DNA from: Pelomyxa schiedti
Lineage: Eukaryota; Protista; Evosea
Reading direction: 5' to 3'
Length of the DNA stretch: 61,795 nucleotides
Assembly (NCBI GenBank): GCA_020536535.1
Contig: JAHLWZ010000881.1
Coordinates: 1 to 61,795, forward strand
This document shows, one piece after another, positions 35,376 through 48,800 of this stretch. The notes below the pieces were generated by a model, which worked only from the letters and a program-made list of their open reading frames with translations, did not search any database and was not told the origin of the DNA. Each line of letters starts with the position of its first letter. The first letter of the stretch is position 1. Made by a program: the position numbers and the translations under genes.

Positions 35376-38300
35376 ATGAGTACTTCAGCCGAGGTAGCCC
35401 GAGATCAGTCGTCAGAGGCATCTGACGACAACATTGACCACTCCGACATTGCCTCCTCCTCTGGTGTTTTTTCTTTTCTTTTGTTGTTGTTCGTCCACTA
35501 TCAACCACCAACCGTCGCCCCGCGTGTTTTTTTTTTTTTCCCCCTCCTCTTCATCTTACTTTGTTTGCAATATCAGCAACTTCAACATCAATCACTAGCT
35601 CAAGTGTTACGTCCACTGGTTCGTCGTCGTGGTACGGCAGGAATGTGTTGGACGTGGTTTCTCAGCTGAGAGGTTACTGCCTCGATGTGACTCTGTTTGC
35701 AACAAAATCCTCCAGCGCCATTCTGGCGGTTCCATTGTGGGTGATTTCCATGTTACAGGTAATATTCTGTTGTTGATCCACATACAAATGCACACCTGAT
35801 TCTTTGTGGAAAATGCTGCAGATTTTGAGTTTCACAATGGACCCACAAGTGCCGTGGGTGGCAGGTGATGGAGCACAAAAGGCGTTCACCGAGGTGGTTG
35901 TGAGCCTGCGGACACTGAATCGGGCCAGTGGTGACCAATGGAGTGTGCATGTTTGTGAAAGCTTGGTGTTTTTTTTCCTGGCATTTTGTGGAACTCTCCT
36001 TGTGGTCCTTTTGGTGATTCATCACCAAAGGGGAGACCGAGGAACCCTGGATGGTAGGGTCCTGAGATTTTTGAGAACCCTTGTAAGTTACTGATGGGGA
36101 TGGCCCGTCGATTCGTCTCACATTCTGATACAGGTAGAAATTTGTACAAAGATTTTGTATATGCCTATTATGCACTGCAGCCTTTCTCTTTTGACTTGCC
36201 AGGATCCAAGATTCCCTGTGGATTCTTGCATGGTATCGACTTGGTGATATTGACATTCAACAGTAGTAACAACCAGTGATAGAAATCAGGCAGAGTTGCT
36301 GCAGGGGTGCTCATCGTGCTATGCAACGTTCTTGCACTCCCGTCATCCGCTTTCCAGTACATATTCTTGCGGGTTTCGAACCACCCATTTGCTTGCTTTC
36401 TGCCGTATATAGAATTGCTGCACTTGGCGGCTGTATGTAGCCATCCCACTTTATTCAGACACTATTAATATTGAATTGTTGGCAAGATGTTCGTTTTTTC
36501 CATCACGTACCACGTTGCACCCCTCATTGGCCCTCTTCAAAGGGCATGGATATACTTGGTATGTACTCTTTTCTTTTCTTATTCTCTTATTGACTCCTGA
36601 AGATCCAAGTCGAAGTGATGGTTTACGCCATTTCCTGCATGATGCTTCTTTGTTGGATGGCCCCTTATTACAAATGGTGGTCAAACTATCTCAAATTTGG
36701 GCTTTTCCTGTCCCTTGGATTCAGTGGTACCTTTGGCCTTGCTATTGCAGTTACAATGTGTTGCTTTCTTAAAGTTTTCTCAACATCTATCCACAAGGTG
36801 AGTGAACATACTCACAAACAACTTTTTATTGTTTACTGGATCTTGTGCCTCCTCCTGGCTTTTGGTAGTTTTTTCTTCTGCAAGCTGTTTTTCTTCTTCA
36901 CACTGCTTCCTACACATCGAAAACTGGGCCGCATTTTGCGCGCAGATAGGGAGTACTCCACTGCTGGAACACAATTACGGACTATCAGAGAGATACGTCT
37001 GTGTGTTCTCCATGTATTCTGGGATATTCTCTCAAAACACAACCAAAAGGTTCACTAAGGAATTGTTTCCACGATATCCTCCAATAATCATTTCCAGGAG
37101 ATACTCCTTGACTCTATCAACGCTCTGTTTTCGAACATTCTTTCTCTCAGCAACGAAACTGTGGAAAATCACAGAGCTGAAATAGAAACAGTTCTGTTCT
37201 GAACATGAAAACCTAAACCCAATCACCTACTAAATTGCTTTACAGTTATACTGTTTGTTTTGCCTTGAAGCGGGCGACGATCTTACTCAAGTATTTCTTC
37301 ACCTCAAGCGTGCAATCCGGGCCCACCCAACAACTGACATCAAAATATTACTCTCTCGACTTGATGATCACCGTCAATTGCTTGTACAATCACAGGGTGA
37401 TAGTAATGAAGAAATTATAGCGGTAGCTCTATACTTTAATATATTTTTAGTATTCAAACCTGCAGGGGTGCAAAGAAGCCCAGAAGCACACAAAGAAAGC
37501 CAAAGAGCTGTTATGCAAATTTTGGCAATACCTTTTGAATGACTCGGTGGAACAAATGCAACAGACTCTTGCACGTTTTGATTCTGCTTCCCACAGGGCC
37601 GAAGGAATTTTGAAAAATTTACTTGTGAGATGCCCGAAGTCCACTAAAGTGAGCCAAGAGTGTTGTGCCTTTTTCATGATGTAACTTTTTACCCATAGGT
37701 TTTGCGGTATGCATCTCTTCTTGTACAACTCAAATGAAGTAGCCAATAAAAAACCTACTTCAGAGAATATGCCCTATTTCTGGAGGAAATCCGGCAGGAC
37801 TCTTTGGTTGCTGCAATGTTATACGAACGTGCAGATGCCATTGAAGAGTCCCAGGTTTCCGCCTGACTTGCTTTGCACTTTACATTCTTAATCTCAAGAA
37901 CAGGCACAATCACGGGCAAGAGGAGGCTACCACTATCACACTGGAAACATTAGGTTGAGAGCATCGAAGCGCAATCAGATCACCCCTTTAGGTGGTGCGG
38001 ATATCAAACCCCAAGTTGGAGTGGAACCTGAGGAACACAACGCTGATGTGACCTTGAGGCAGCATGCAGAATGCAACGTGACAAAGGATACTAGTGTTAC
38101 TTTTCAAGACCAAGGACACGATAAGGACGGTATGAGTCTTCTTGTGAGAAATCCTCGTGTAACCCCAAAACGTCCAATCATTTAGGCACCTTCGAAAGTA
38201 TACCCTTGCCCCACCACCAAAAAAGTAAAATGCTAATTTGCTCCAGAGGAAGATATTGGTGATGAAGCAAGAACACTGCAGCACGCGAATGCAGAACGCA

Positions 38301-41300
38301 CACAGAAGAAATACTACCAGGACAAAATATCCCAGATTAAAAGTACTGCATCTTGGTATGACACCTCTCAATCAGCACACTCTCTGCAACCTCACTTTTT
38401 CTAGGAAAATTATTGCTTCAACAATTGGAACACTATGTTTCGTGAGTTTAAATATCACTTTGATGTTTTTCCTTGTTCGACGAGGTCTGAAAATACAAGA
38501 AAAATGTTATTCTGATATGCATGTGGCTTCAACAACACGAAGGTCCACGATTTGGCCACCAAGCCCGTTTTTATAATAACGTTCTTACAGTATGATACCG
38601 GCTGCTGCTTTCGTTGTGGAAGACTGGATTGGGCACATGTCCTATGGTTCAGAACATTTATCAGCTCACCCATCTCTTGGCCTTGCCACAATTGCGTCGA
38701 ATATTGACACGCTGCTTCAATACTGTTGTTTAACTATGATTTTTCTCAACTTTTTCACCTTCAAACAAAGGGGAAACGCATGAGTGGGATATTGTGTCAT
38801 CTGATATTTGGGCTTCCTCGACACATAACATATCTGTGTGGAGCCAGTACACTCACACAAGACAGTACTCCAGCGAATCTTTGAAGACAATACTGGGTAG
38901 CTTCGAGCGATCGTTACTCTCCATCCAAACTTCCCTGTTGAATGCCTCTGACGCTCCCTTTGACCCCAGTGTGAGATATGTCTTGGTACGTGATAGCAGA
39001 TGCCCTACTGCCAACAAGACTGACCTGATGAGATAGGACAATTCTCGTTTTGGTGTTTCCACTGCCTTCGATGAAGTTGTGGAGCTCTACTATGAGGAAT
39101 CTCGACAGGAGACACGCAACTCAATAACAATTTTAATACTTATACTTCCAATTTCTTTTTGTGTTGTGTGTATTTTGCAGTTATTTTTTCCCCCATCTCA
39201 CTACCTTTTCCAAGGTTGTGACTCTTTCCTCAATTCTCTTCTTGAGGCCACTTCTTCTCCTCAAGAAGGAGAGGGAAAATATGCTGTGTCTATTTTTTAA
39301 TATTCCGCGCAAAGCAGTCGTTCAAATCTTTGTCTCCTATGGTGGGCACCTCTCCTCAATTGGTACCACTTTTCTATCAGTAGTGTGTTACCTAATACCC
39401 ATAGATGCAACATCTTCTGGCACGGACAAAGAAGTGAAATTGCGATTCAACTTAAGTCTTTTTTTCAAGTTTATCACCCTTTTTTCTTTCACAATAAGTT
39501 GACAAACAACAAGGTTTTTGATAGGCATTGCCACAGCAATGACTTTTGTCATCGTCCTGTCCGTGTATGGAATTGTTGTACTTACCACATTCAATGCTCC
39601 TCTGGGATTTTCGAGATATCGTCTTGATGAACAAACAGCGTTAACAACTGCTGGCAGTATCTCTATGGCAGTACTAAACAAAGACTACACCACATTCTTG
39701 GATTTACAAGATCTTCAAAGATCTTTAGTTGATTCCAACAAACATTTCAGAGAAGACAGATCAAAGTACAGGGAAGATATAGCTTCAACCGGCTAACAAA
39801 ATCCCATTAAGGGCACACAATATATCTGGTGACACATCTCTTGATCTCATCTGCCCTGAAATCGAACTCCTCGTTGAACACAGGGACTGCACGAATCTAT
39901 CTACCGTAGGATACTGTTGTATGTCATCCGAATTTATTCCTCCTCAAAAGTAACTGACTAAGATGGATTGTCTGACCTTGACAACATCTTACTTTCCTCG
40001 ATTCTTCTGGTTTCCGTATAGATCTTCCCTTTGTGGTTGTTGTCTAAAAAATTCCAAGGCAACTCCAGAGATCAATCAACCAGAACACAACCTGGACCTC
40101 CTTACTGTTCATGACATCCTTGACACAGTGTGGGATTGGCATTCCGAAATGGGACAAATACTTGTGGACTACTGGCTCTCCAGATTGCAACGCAGCTACA
40201 CCATAGTGATGACCATATTTATTCTTTCTTGGCCTTTCGTTTTCGGGTTGTATGCTGTTCTTCATCAGCCTTTGCAACGCATTAGGGCTGAGCACAAGAA
40301 CACCCTACGCATGCTTTTAATGGTACCAGGCATGTAATACCCTTGCCAACTTGATTTGTTAACTTTCAAAGGGTACGTAATTGATGAAACACTGGAAATC
40401 AAAGGTTTCCTTGACACTGGTATTGTTACTGAAGTGGTACGGGGAAAAAAATGCTCACTTTTTGCTTAGGGAAATATGGGAACTACGAGGAACGCATGAA
40501 GAAAATGCTTTTTGATAGCCAGAAGAAAACTGAGCAAATCCTGCAAGCTGCCGCAGATGCCAGTATGTTGAGTGGTTTTTACACTTCACACGCAAACTCG
40601 TGTACCAGTTGTGCTGTACAATACCCGTTCCTTAAAGATTGAAGTCTTCAACATGGCGGCTGAGAGAATGTTTGGGTATACACAAGACACACCAGAGAAA
40701 CCAACCTTGACGGTTATTTTTAGGTATACAAAAGACGAGATTATCGGGGAATCTGTTCAAATTCTCCTACATGACGGTGTACCAGTCTCCAAAGACTCTT
40801 CAGAGATGGTGGCTAAACACAAGTCTGGAAACGAATTTCCTGTTCTTCTCTCAAAGAGTGAAACGTCATCTGAAGGTTTTTATTTCTTTATTTGTTCAAA
40901 AAGCATTACAAAAATTACCTTCAGAAGGTGATATCTCAGCATTATTTATCAGAGATGTCCGTAATATTAGAGCCTACCAAAATTTGATTGATCAAAATGG
41001 TCTGTTTTTAAAGTCAACACGCATTCATGTCATTGTAAATTTAGAGATCCTTCTCTTCAAAATACTGCCTCAAAATATTGCTTTGAGACTAAAGAGTCAA
41101 TTTGCGCAAAGTAATACACTATCTTCACAGCTCATTGCTGACTACCATGAATCAGTAATTTACCCTTTCTATTCGGTTTTTTTTTAATTGTGAAAAGGTA
41201 ACCATTCTTTTTGCTGACATTGTCAAGTCTGTACAACTGTCCATAACTACCACTTAACTTCCGAATAGATTTTCACAGTGGAGTTGTAATGTTGAACCCC

Positions 41301-42207
41301 AGACACTTGTTACACTCTTGAACAACCTTGTTTGCTCGTGGGATGTTTTAGCAATCAAGAGGAAAGTGGAAAAAATTAAGGTTTTCACACTGTCCCAAAA
41401 AAACTGTTCACCTTCAGAGCAGACAATTGGAGATTGTTACATGGCGGTTTGCGGATGTCCCGACCCTCACAGCAATCATGCACTTGCTATGGTGCAATTT
41501 GCAATCAACATGACCAACGCCCTCACAATATTCAACAAGATGAACAAAACCAATGTTCAAATTCGAATTGGTAAGCCAGGTTACTAAGTCTTTTGAACTT
41601 AGCTTCTACAAGGGATAAACAGTGGATCTGTTGTAGCAGGAGTTATCGGTCTCTCAAAAGTGATGTATGCCTTTCTTTCTCTTTCAAGCAGTATTAATCC
41701 GGTACAGATACGATATTTGGGGCCCTGCAGGTTTAGTATCTCCGTGTGTTCACTTATTCTGACTCATTTCAGTGAATCTGGCTAGCCGGATGGAATCATC
41801 TGGGATACCAAATACCATACAAGTACCTACATTTGTGCCAACATTATTGTTTGCTGACAAGGAATTAGATATCTGAAACTACCTACAACCTTCTCGATCC
41901 CGATGAGAGACCCATTTTCAAGCCAAGAGGTTTGGTTCCTCTTACCCGCGACCCGTCTTCTCACCTACGGTATGTGTGTATCACAGGAGAGATAGAAGTC
42001 AAGGGCGGAGAGAAAGTGAACACATTCCTATTCACCCCTCTTCAGAGTTTAGTTACCTCTGCCTCACCATCACCCAACATCCAGCCACTTCTCCGCAGTC
42101 TCAGTCAGCCTACAGAAATGTCGGAGGAAGAGGAAGCTCTCCTCTGTGGCACTCAGTTGTCAACCCAGTCACTCAAAAAGGCACTGAGCTTCACTGAAAA
42201 CTCGTAG
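35376..42207 (+). CDS. Large multipass membrane adenylyl cyclase: TmcB/TmcC-like N-terminal TM and helical region + PAS + class III cyclase
   Basis: PAS: FNMAAERMFGY...IIGESVQILL...KHKSGNEFPV. Cyclase: VTILFADIV, VEKIKTIGDCYM, IRIGINSGSVVAGVIG, YDIWG, VNLASRMES, EVKGG. Many hydrophobic exons upstream; the N-terminal exon structure is approximate. Confidence 0.85.
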
Positions 42208-42415
42208 AAAAATGTAATAAAACCACGTGTATTTTTGTTGTTGCTCATTTTCCCACTTACTACACTCCCGTAAACCCTTACACATAAACGAGGGCGAAAA
42301 ACCAGCAATCACCTCCACGCCAGAAAAAAAAAAGTAAAAGCAACAACCTACAACAAATCAAAGTCACACAACACCAAGCAAGCAAAACCAAGCAAAAAGC
42401 ATAACACATACAACA

Positions 42416-42696
42416 ATGGCGAGTTTGGCTCCAAATGAAGTTGTTTGCCACTGCTTCCAGGTTCATTTTTGTGTTGTGACTGTCATTTCCAGTTTCCCTT
42501 GTGTTGATTTGCCTGTATGTGAGACCACTCTCTGACTTTTTCGTGATAGGTTACCAAGGAGGACATAGTCAAGGCAATCAAGGAAGGGGCGAATACTCTG
42601 GAGAAGATACAAGAGAAGACTCAGGCCGGGACTGGTTGTGGCGGCTGCGTTCCTGACATTGAGGAAATTCTCGCGGCGCACAAGGGCTCTTCGTGA
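42416..42696 (+). CDS. Stand-alone BFD-like [2Fe-2S]-binding protein (63 aa), 1 intron (42461-42549)
   Basis: MASLAPNEVVCHCFQ|VTKEDIVKAIKEGANTLEKIQEKTQAGTGCGGCVPDIEEILAAHKGSS*; CxC...CxxC ligand pattern of Fer2_BFD. Not in the ORF track. Confidence 0.9.
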
Positions 42697-42894
42697 TTGA
42701 TTGAGCTTCTTAGCCTCCCAGCAGTGTCTGATACTCTCCCTCCACTCGTTGTTTTATAGTGCCCATTGAGTCGACACCATAGTTATACAATGCACATAAG
42801 CCAAAAAATAGACTCCCATTTTTTGGTTTTTTGCTCTCAGACTACGTTTAGTGAAAGTAGATAGGAGGGGGATATAAACAGGTGGCTGTGGGGT

Positions 42895-45526
42895 TTATTG
42901 AAGGTGAAGTTCCTGTGACAGGATATGGCACATTTCCCGGTAAACATCAGAATCACCAGACGTGTACGTGAAATCTACAGATATTGCTACATTACTTTTG
43001 AGTGGGTGTGAACTGAGTTCAACAGTGAACTTGACTGTGGCACCTTGGTGTTGTGTTAGTAGCTTCAGCAAACGAGGCACATTCCAACCTTCGAGTGTTG
43101 TATAAATAGCTTTGATAAGTCTGGCCTCATTAATAGTCCACTGTGCTCCAATCACAGATAGTGCTCTGCTAATTTCGTCAATAGTCTCTTCCATTGACAA
43201 GGCAGAGAGAAATCCGAGTTGCCGATGGTGGTGCTTGGCCGGTTGGTGGAACGCACTAGTGAAAAGTGCTTTCCTTGCTGGACTACTGAAAGAGCGTGAG
43301 ATAAATTGGTGGCACAGGCAATTTCCTACCTGCTGATGACAGGAGATCCAAGAGGAAAGTCATTATGGAGCCTGGAAGGAGAGCCTGGTGAGTTGGTGGT
43401 TTTTTGTGGGATATTTAGATATCTAGTGCTGCTGGGAGAAGTGCTTGAAGTTGTCCGGATGGGTGATGTACGTCCATCATGATGGTGATGGTGGTGGTGA
43501 CGGTCATCGAAGTTCGGTGGGCTACTGCTTGGGCTAGATGTGGGACTAGAGCGTGGGCTTAAATGTGAAGGTGGGCTTGCATTGACGTGAAGGAGTTGGT
43601 GAGAAGAATGATGCCCATTACTTGTACTGGTGCACAGGGCAGGTACATCAACGGGACTGCCCTCGCCCGACCCTCTCAAAGAGGAGGGTGGTGAAGCACG
43701 GAAAGAAACTGTTGACGGTGGGATGATTGGTAGAATTAACTTCTCCTTGGTCCTTCTACTTCAGTGAGATTCAGTTAAAGATTTGAATTTGGAACCTTTC
43801 CGCACTTGGACTTGAACGAGGAGTTGTGACACTAAAGTAAATGAGTATATTAAACAATTGGGTACAGTTCAATACGTGTCAGAACATTCAGGAGGGTGCA
43901 GTTTGCGGTATTCTAGAAGTCTATAGAAGGATCTGGCTTGATTTGGCCTGAACAATAGGTAAATAGTTCAGAAAGTCGCTGTCTTACACAGGGTCACAGA
44001 GAGCTTCTTTAAGCTGTGGCATAGTTCCAAGTCCAAGTGTCTCCAGCGTAGCAAATAGTTCATCATCAATTTCAGGCATTGTCAGAGGTGGACCCTGCAA
44101 TAAGTGTCATGGGAATCAAAGGGCACAGTAGATACCAAATCCTCCAAGGGTGGATATAACCCATACAACCCACTTTGAGAGTTGGATAAAAACCAGGGGT
44201 GACTTTTTATTTGCGCAATGGTTATCCTCTCAGCAGGGTTGACTACAAGCATAAGCTTAATTAGGTGTCTAATATCTCTGTTGACAGAAGACGGTATATG
44301 GAATTGTCCCTCTTTAACCTGGACATGGTGACAAGGTGAAGAACTGACAAAATAGGGTATCAACCTTCCTCAACAGCAATTTAACGTTATCATCATCAAA
44401 TGGTAACTGACCCTTTATGAAGTGAGTGGGACTCCTCATGAAAGAGAAGTCAAAAAGCACACGGTAACGAGGGCGAATAAAATAACCCCACAGCTAATAA
44501 GAAGGTTAATCAAAGGATGGAAGGATTCGAATACCTCCAGACATCAGCTGCACGGCCGTCATACCTGACTCCCTACGGACTTAGCAACGAAAAAAACACT
44601 GGAGACTTTGATACCATTATCACTTCAGGACTTGCATAATGAGGTGATCTATTGGAGTGAGAAGGTGAATGTGACTTGGTAGGCAACAAACCCGCAACTT
44701 GTGGATAGTAAACTACCATTGGCCATTGCGGCAGCGAATCCTAATTTATATTCAGTAGTGCAGGTGGGAAGGAGGGGTTCAAGTTACCAAAATCCGCTAA
44801 CTTAAGATTCAAGTCAGAGTCCAGTAGGATCTAAATAAATAATGTTTTAACCATGGAAATTAAGCACTGAAAGTCGGTGATACATTTTCCGGCTTCAAGT
44901 CTCTATGGCTTAAATCAAGAGTTAGAAAGAGGGACAAGTTTTACTGGGGAAAGACCAGATGTAGTGACTATGGCAATAGTCAACAGCATGAATGAGTTTC
45001 TGGAAAAAAATAAGTGCTTCCCTAGGATCAAGAAAGCCATGACGCTTGAGGTATTCATAAAGCTCACCTCCCTCAACATACTCTGATACCAGAAATCTAT
45101 TCGAGATTGAGCTGTTGGTTGATGCATAGTATAACACACAAATAACGAGAAGTTTCGAATACATCATACAACTTTAGTACATTTGGGTGATTAAGAATTT
45201 TGAGTGTCGCAATCTCTCGCTCGACTTTTCTGTACAGTAGAGGTTTCAGGTGTAGTGTATCCTTCTTGAGAATTTTTACAGCCACTCTGAAACCGCTAGA
45301 TTTAATGCAGAGGATTGGTTAAAAAAGGAGAGTGGAAAATGTTAACAAGCTACCTCTCTTTATGAATGCCAAGTTTTACTTTGCCTGCACAAAAGAAGGG
45401 GAAAGAAAAATAAGGATTGGACCATGGAGAGAATTTGACGTCTCTTAAGTGCGCAGTACAACCTGTAGCACCCTCGCCGAGAGTTTTTCCCAACAAGAAA
45501 GGACCGACGCTGTGTATTTCGCACAT
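42895..45526 (-). CDS. BRSK/SAD-like (AMPK-related) Ser/Thr kinase with C-terminal KA1-like domain, many short exons
   Basis: [81 protein letters not shown]; KA1-like C-terminus VDFTYTSGD...YREMC. Confidence 0.9.
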
Positions 45527-45828
45527 GCCGGCGTTTCTTTCTTTGTATGTCGAGCGTGTTCCGAACAAAACTCAGATCTGAGTTCCCTCAATCCCGGTTT
45601 AAGAGATCGATGAAACTCTCTGTTGTCTCTTGTGTAGGCCCAAATTATTGCACGCATTCCTCGCTGATCACTGCGATGCTGCCGTTCATAAGAGACAACC
45701 TTCTTTTTGTTTGTGGCCCAATCTTATCTGCAGGCACCTATTCACGGAAGTACATTGAGAGTCGATTGCAACAACAAACGCCACTTTCGCAAAAACAACG
45801 TTAATAACACGTGAGGTGACAGTCGCAA

Positions 45829-48800
45829 ATGCAACCACAGCACGCGGGAGATCCTATCCCAAACCCTCAACCGCAACAGCAACCGCCGCCGGCACCCCCT
45901 CCCCCGCCCCTCCGCATGCCCTCCTCACGTTGCCTCACCGTCGCTACATCGCGTCGTGCCTTCACCTCCTCGAGTGTTGGCAGTATCCCGACGGTCTCGA
46001 ATATCGGCGGCAGCAGCGGCGGCGGGAGCAGCACCAGCAGCAGCAACGCGGCGCATCACCGCCATTCGCACAGATCTACGTCTCCGGTGCGCCTGGACAC
46101 GTCGCCGCCGGCCCGCAGGCCCCCGTCTACGCCGGCGACGGAGGTGGTGGTGGTGTCCTCGAGTCAGCCTCAGAATCACGACCACGACGACCTGCCGCCG
46201 CCCCCGCCGATGCCTCTGGCAAAGGCCACTCTCGCCACTTTGCCGCCGACGTCGCACGTTGGCGCTGCGCCTCCTGCTCCTCCTGTTTGCCCTTCGGCGT
46301 CGGCGTCTGCGGGGTTGAGGACTCCACAAACAATTCGCAGCGCGAAGAGAGCTCCTTCGTGGAGGTGCAAGTCGCAGGTGCCACCGATTCCAATGTCTTC
46401 GATTTCACTCGAGAATGTTGTGGACGACTCCCCTTTGTCGAGGGATGAATTGCGAAAATCAATTGATACTGTGTTGAGCAAAACATCAAAACTCAAAGAA
46501 ATCATCAAGTTCCATAAAGCTTTGCAGGAAGCCAGTGCTGGTATGTCTATTTCTTAATGTTGACACTCGGTCTCATCGGTATGCCTAGTATACAGTCAAC
46601 GATGCAAGGATTTTGCAAACTGCTTATGCACAGTTCCCGCTGATTCATTTCTTCGTAAGAACCTGATTTCCTTTGTCTTCACTCAATATCGAAGAATCAA
46701 GTTTAGAATTCACTGCCAATACTCTACTTGACATCGAAGTGGAGAGAGCCAATTTTGTTTGTACTCTGGCCAACTTCTTTCAATTAATGTCTCCAGGTTG
46801 ATTCTCTGGATATCTATCTTGGGGGACCACTTCAACGCTTCTTGGCTGGCCCTGTAAAGGAAATACGGGTAGGTTGCATGGCTTATTCTTTCCAACTAAC
46901 ATTATTCAGCGCAAATCCAAAGAGTACTCCAAGCAGTCAGAAAAATCCGATTATACAGCAGTTAAGTACTCCAAAGCAAAAAAAAGCGACTTCAGTGAGG
47001 TTTCAGCTTCCATCTCACTGCTCAAGCAATTAGTCTCAAAGTAGATGTGTGAAGAATTGATTTTATCCAAGCGATCCCAAAAGGAAGCCATCCTCGATAT
47101 GGCTTGTGGTTTAAATCATGCAAATGTGTGAATAAATTACTCCTATCTCTGGACCTCAGTTTTGACAAACAGGATCATTTTAGAATTTGCCTGCTTGATG
47201 GGATAAAGGGTTTACTACTACAACACAGAATGTTCTGTGAAGACTTAGCACTGGACGACGAATCCCACGATGCCTTCTTCAAAGAGCTTGAAAGAGTAGT
47301 AAATGAACAAAAAACCGAAGTTGAAGTCAAGAGTAAACAGGAGACCTCCCTGAAACGGGCTCTTGTCACGGTATATTGGTTTGAGTTCACCACACTGCCA
47401 CCCAATATCTTTACAGAGAGGTGATACAATGCCAAATTTGCCTACGTTTACTCGTGCGCCAACTAAATTGGAAATGGAAGGGTAATAAATGTGGCCAGCT
47501 TCCCTCCACAACAATTAATGTCAGCAGATATTTGTTCAAGAAAACAAGAAAAACTATTGGGATTAGTACTTGGCAAAGAAGATATTTTAAAATTGAAAAT
47601 TCTCAATTTTTTTACTACAAAGCTGGGACAGTAAAATCTCCCTCTACAAATGAAAGTCTAAAAGAAACCAGGACCCAGAAAAGGCCAGGGTGACAGATAT
47701 TGTGCTCACAAGGAGTGTTGCTCGGCCAGATTTAGACCGAAGATTTTGCTTTGAAATCCGAAGTCCTTCTGACTCATTTTTACTTCAAGTTCTCCCCATT
47801 TTTCTGTCTCATCCCTAACGTGTCCAAGGCTCAATCCCAAGAAGACATGCTAGGGTGGGTGAATGCTATTAACTCGATTAGGGAATCGCTATTGACACCA
47901 CTAGACAAAGGTAACTTTTATACTTCTTTCCTGTTTGAAGCAACTTATTTAGAACTACCCTCAACCGAAAATTTCGCCTTGAACACTTTGAGGCTGCTGC
48001 ATCCTTCAAATAGGTTATGTGCAGATTGCAGAGCGGCCGGTTTGTACCATATTCACTCTTGTATGGAACTCACAAGATAGTATTTGTTGAAAAGACCCAG
48101 AATGGGTTTCCATCAACCTGGGAGTCCTCATTTGCATTAATTGCTCTGGTATTTCCTTCTCTGTTTTCAAATAAAAGTAGAATTAAGTTTATCCAAATAG
48201 GGGCACACAGACAATTAGGGAGTCATATTAGTAAAGTTAGAAGCCTTGTTTTAGATGTTCTTGACCCAGAACTATACTTGGTACGAGCTGTTCCCTCCTT
48301 CATTAGGGGTACCCACCTGCCCAATCCACATAGATGTTTTCCGCTCTTGGAAATGACGCGGCCAATTCTATTTGGGAGGGTGCGCTGGCGCCATCTGCAG
48401 CCAAATTATCTCCAGATGTCGACTAGTATCTTGTTTATCTTCATCTTCAAAGATTAATGTTCCCAATTAGTGCTACTCGACATACTTGGATTACCAACAA
48501 GTACAGCAAAAAACTTTGGGTTGGGACCGCGCCTTCTGATCTCACTGAGGTTGCAGAATTAGAAAACAACGTTTTTAACACTTCACAGGCAATGTTTCAA
48601 GCCATTAAACGTGGAAATGTTAAAAAGTTACTGCAGTGTCTTTCTCGTGGTGCTGATGTTGCTGGGTCTCTTCCTCCTCGTAAATGGTAAGGCAGTGTGA
48701 TTGATGAGGTCTAACATTTTTCTGTGAACAGGTCTCCCCTTCATGCGGCAGTCCGTTCTCGTTCGCCTGCTTGTCTTGCCCTTCTTCTAATTTATCTGTC

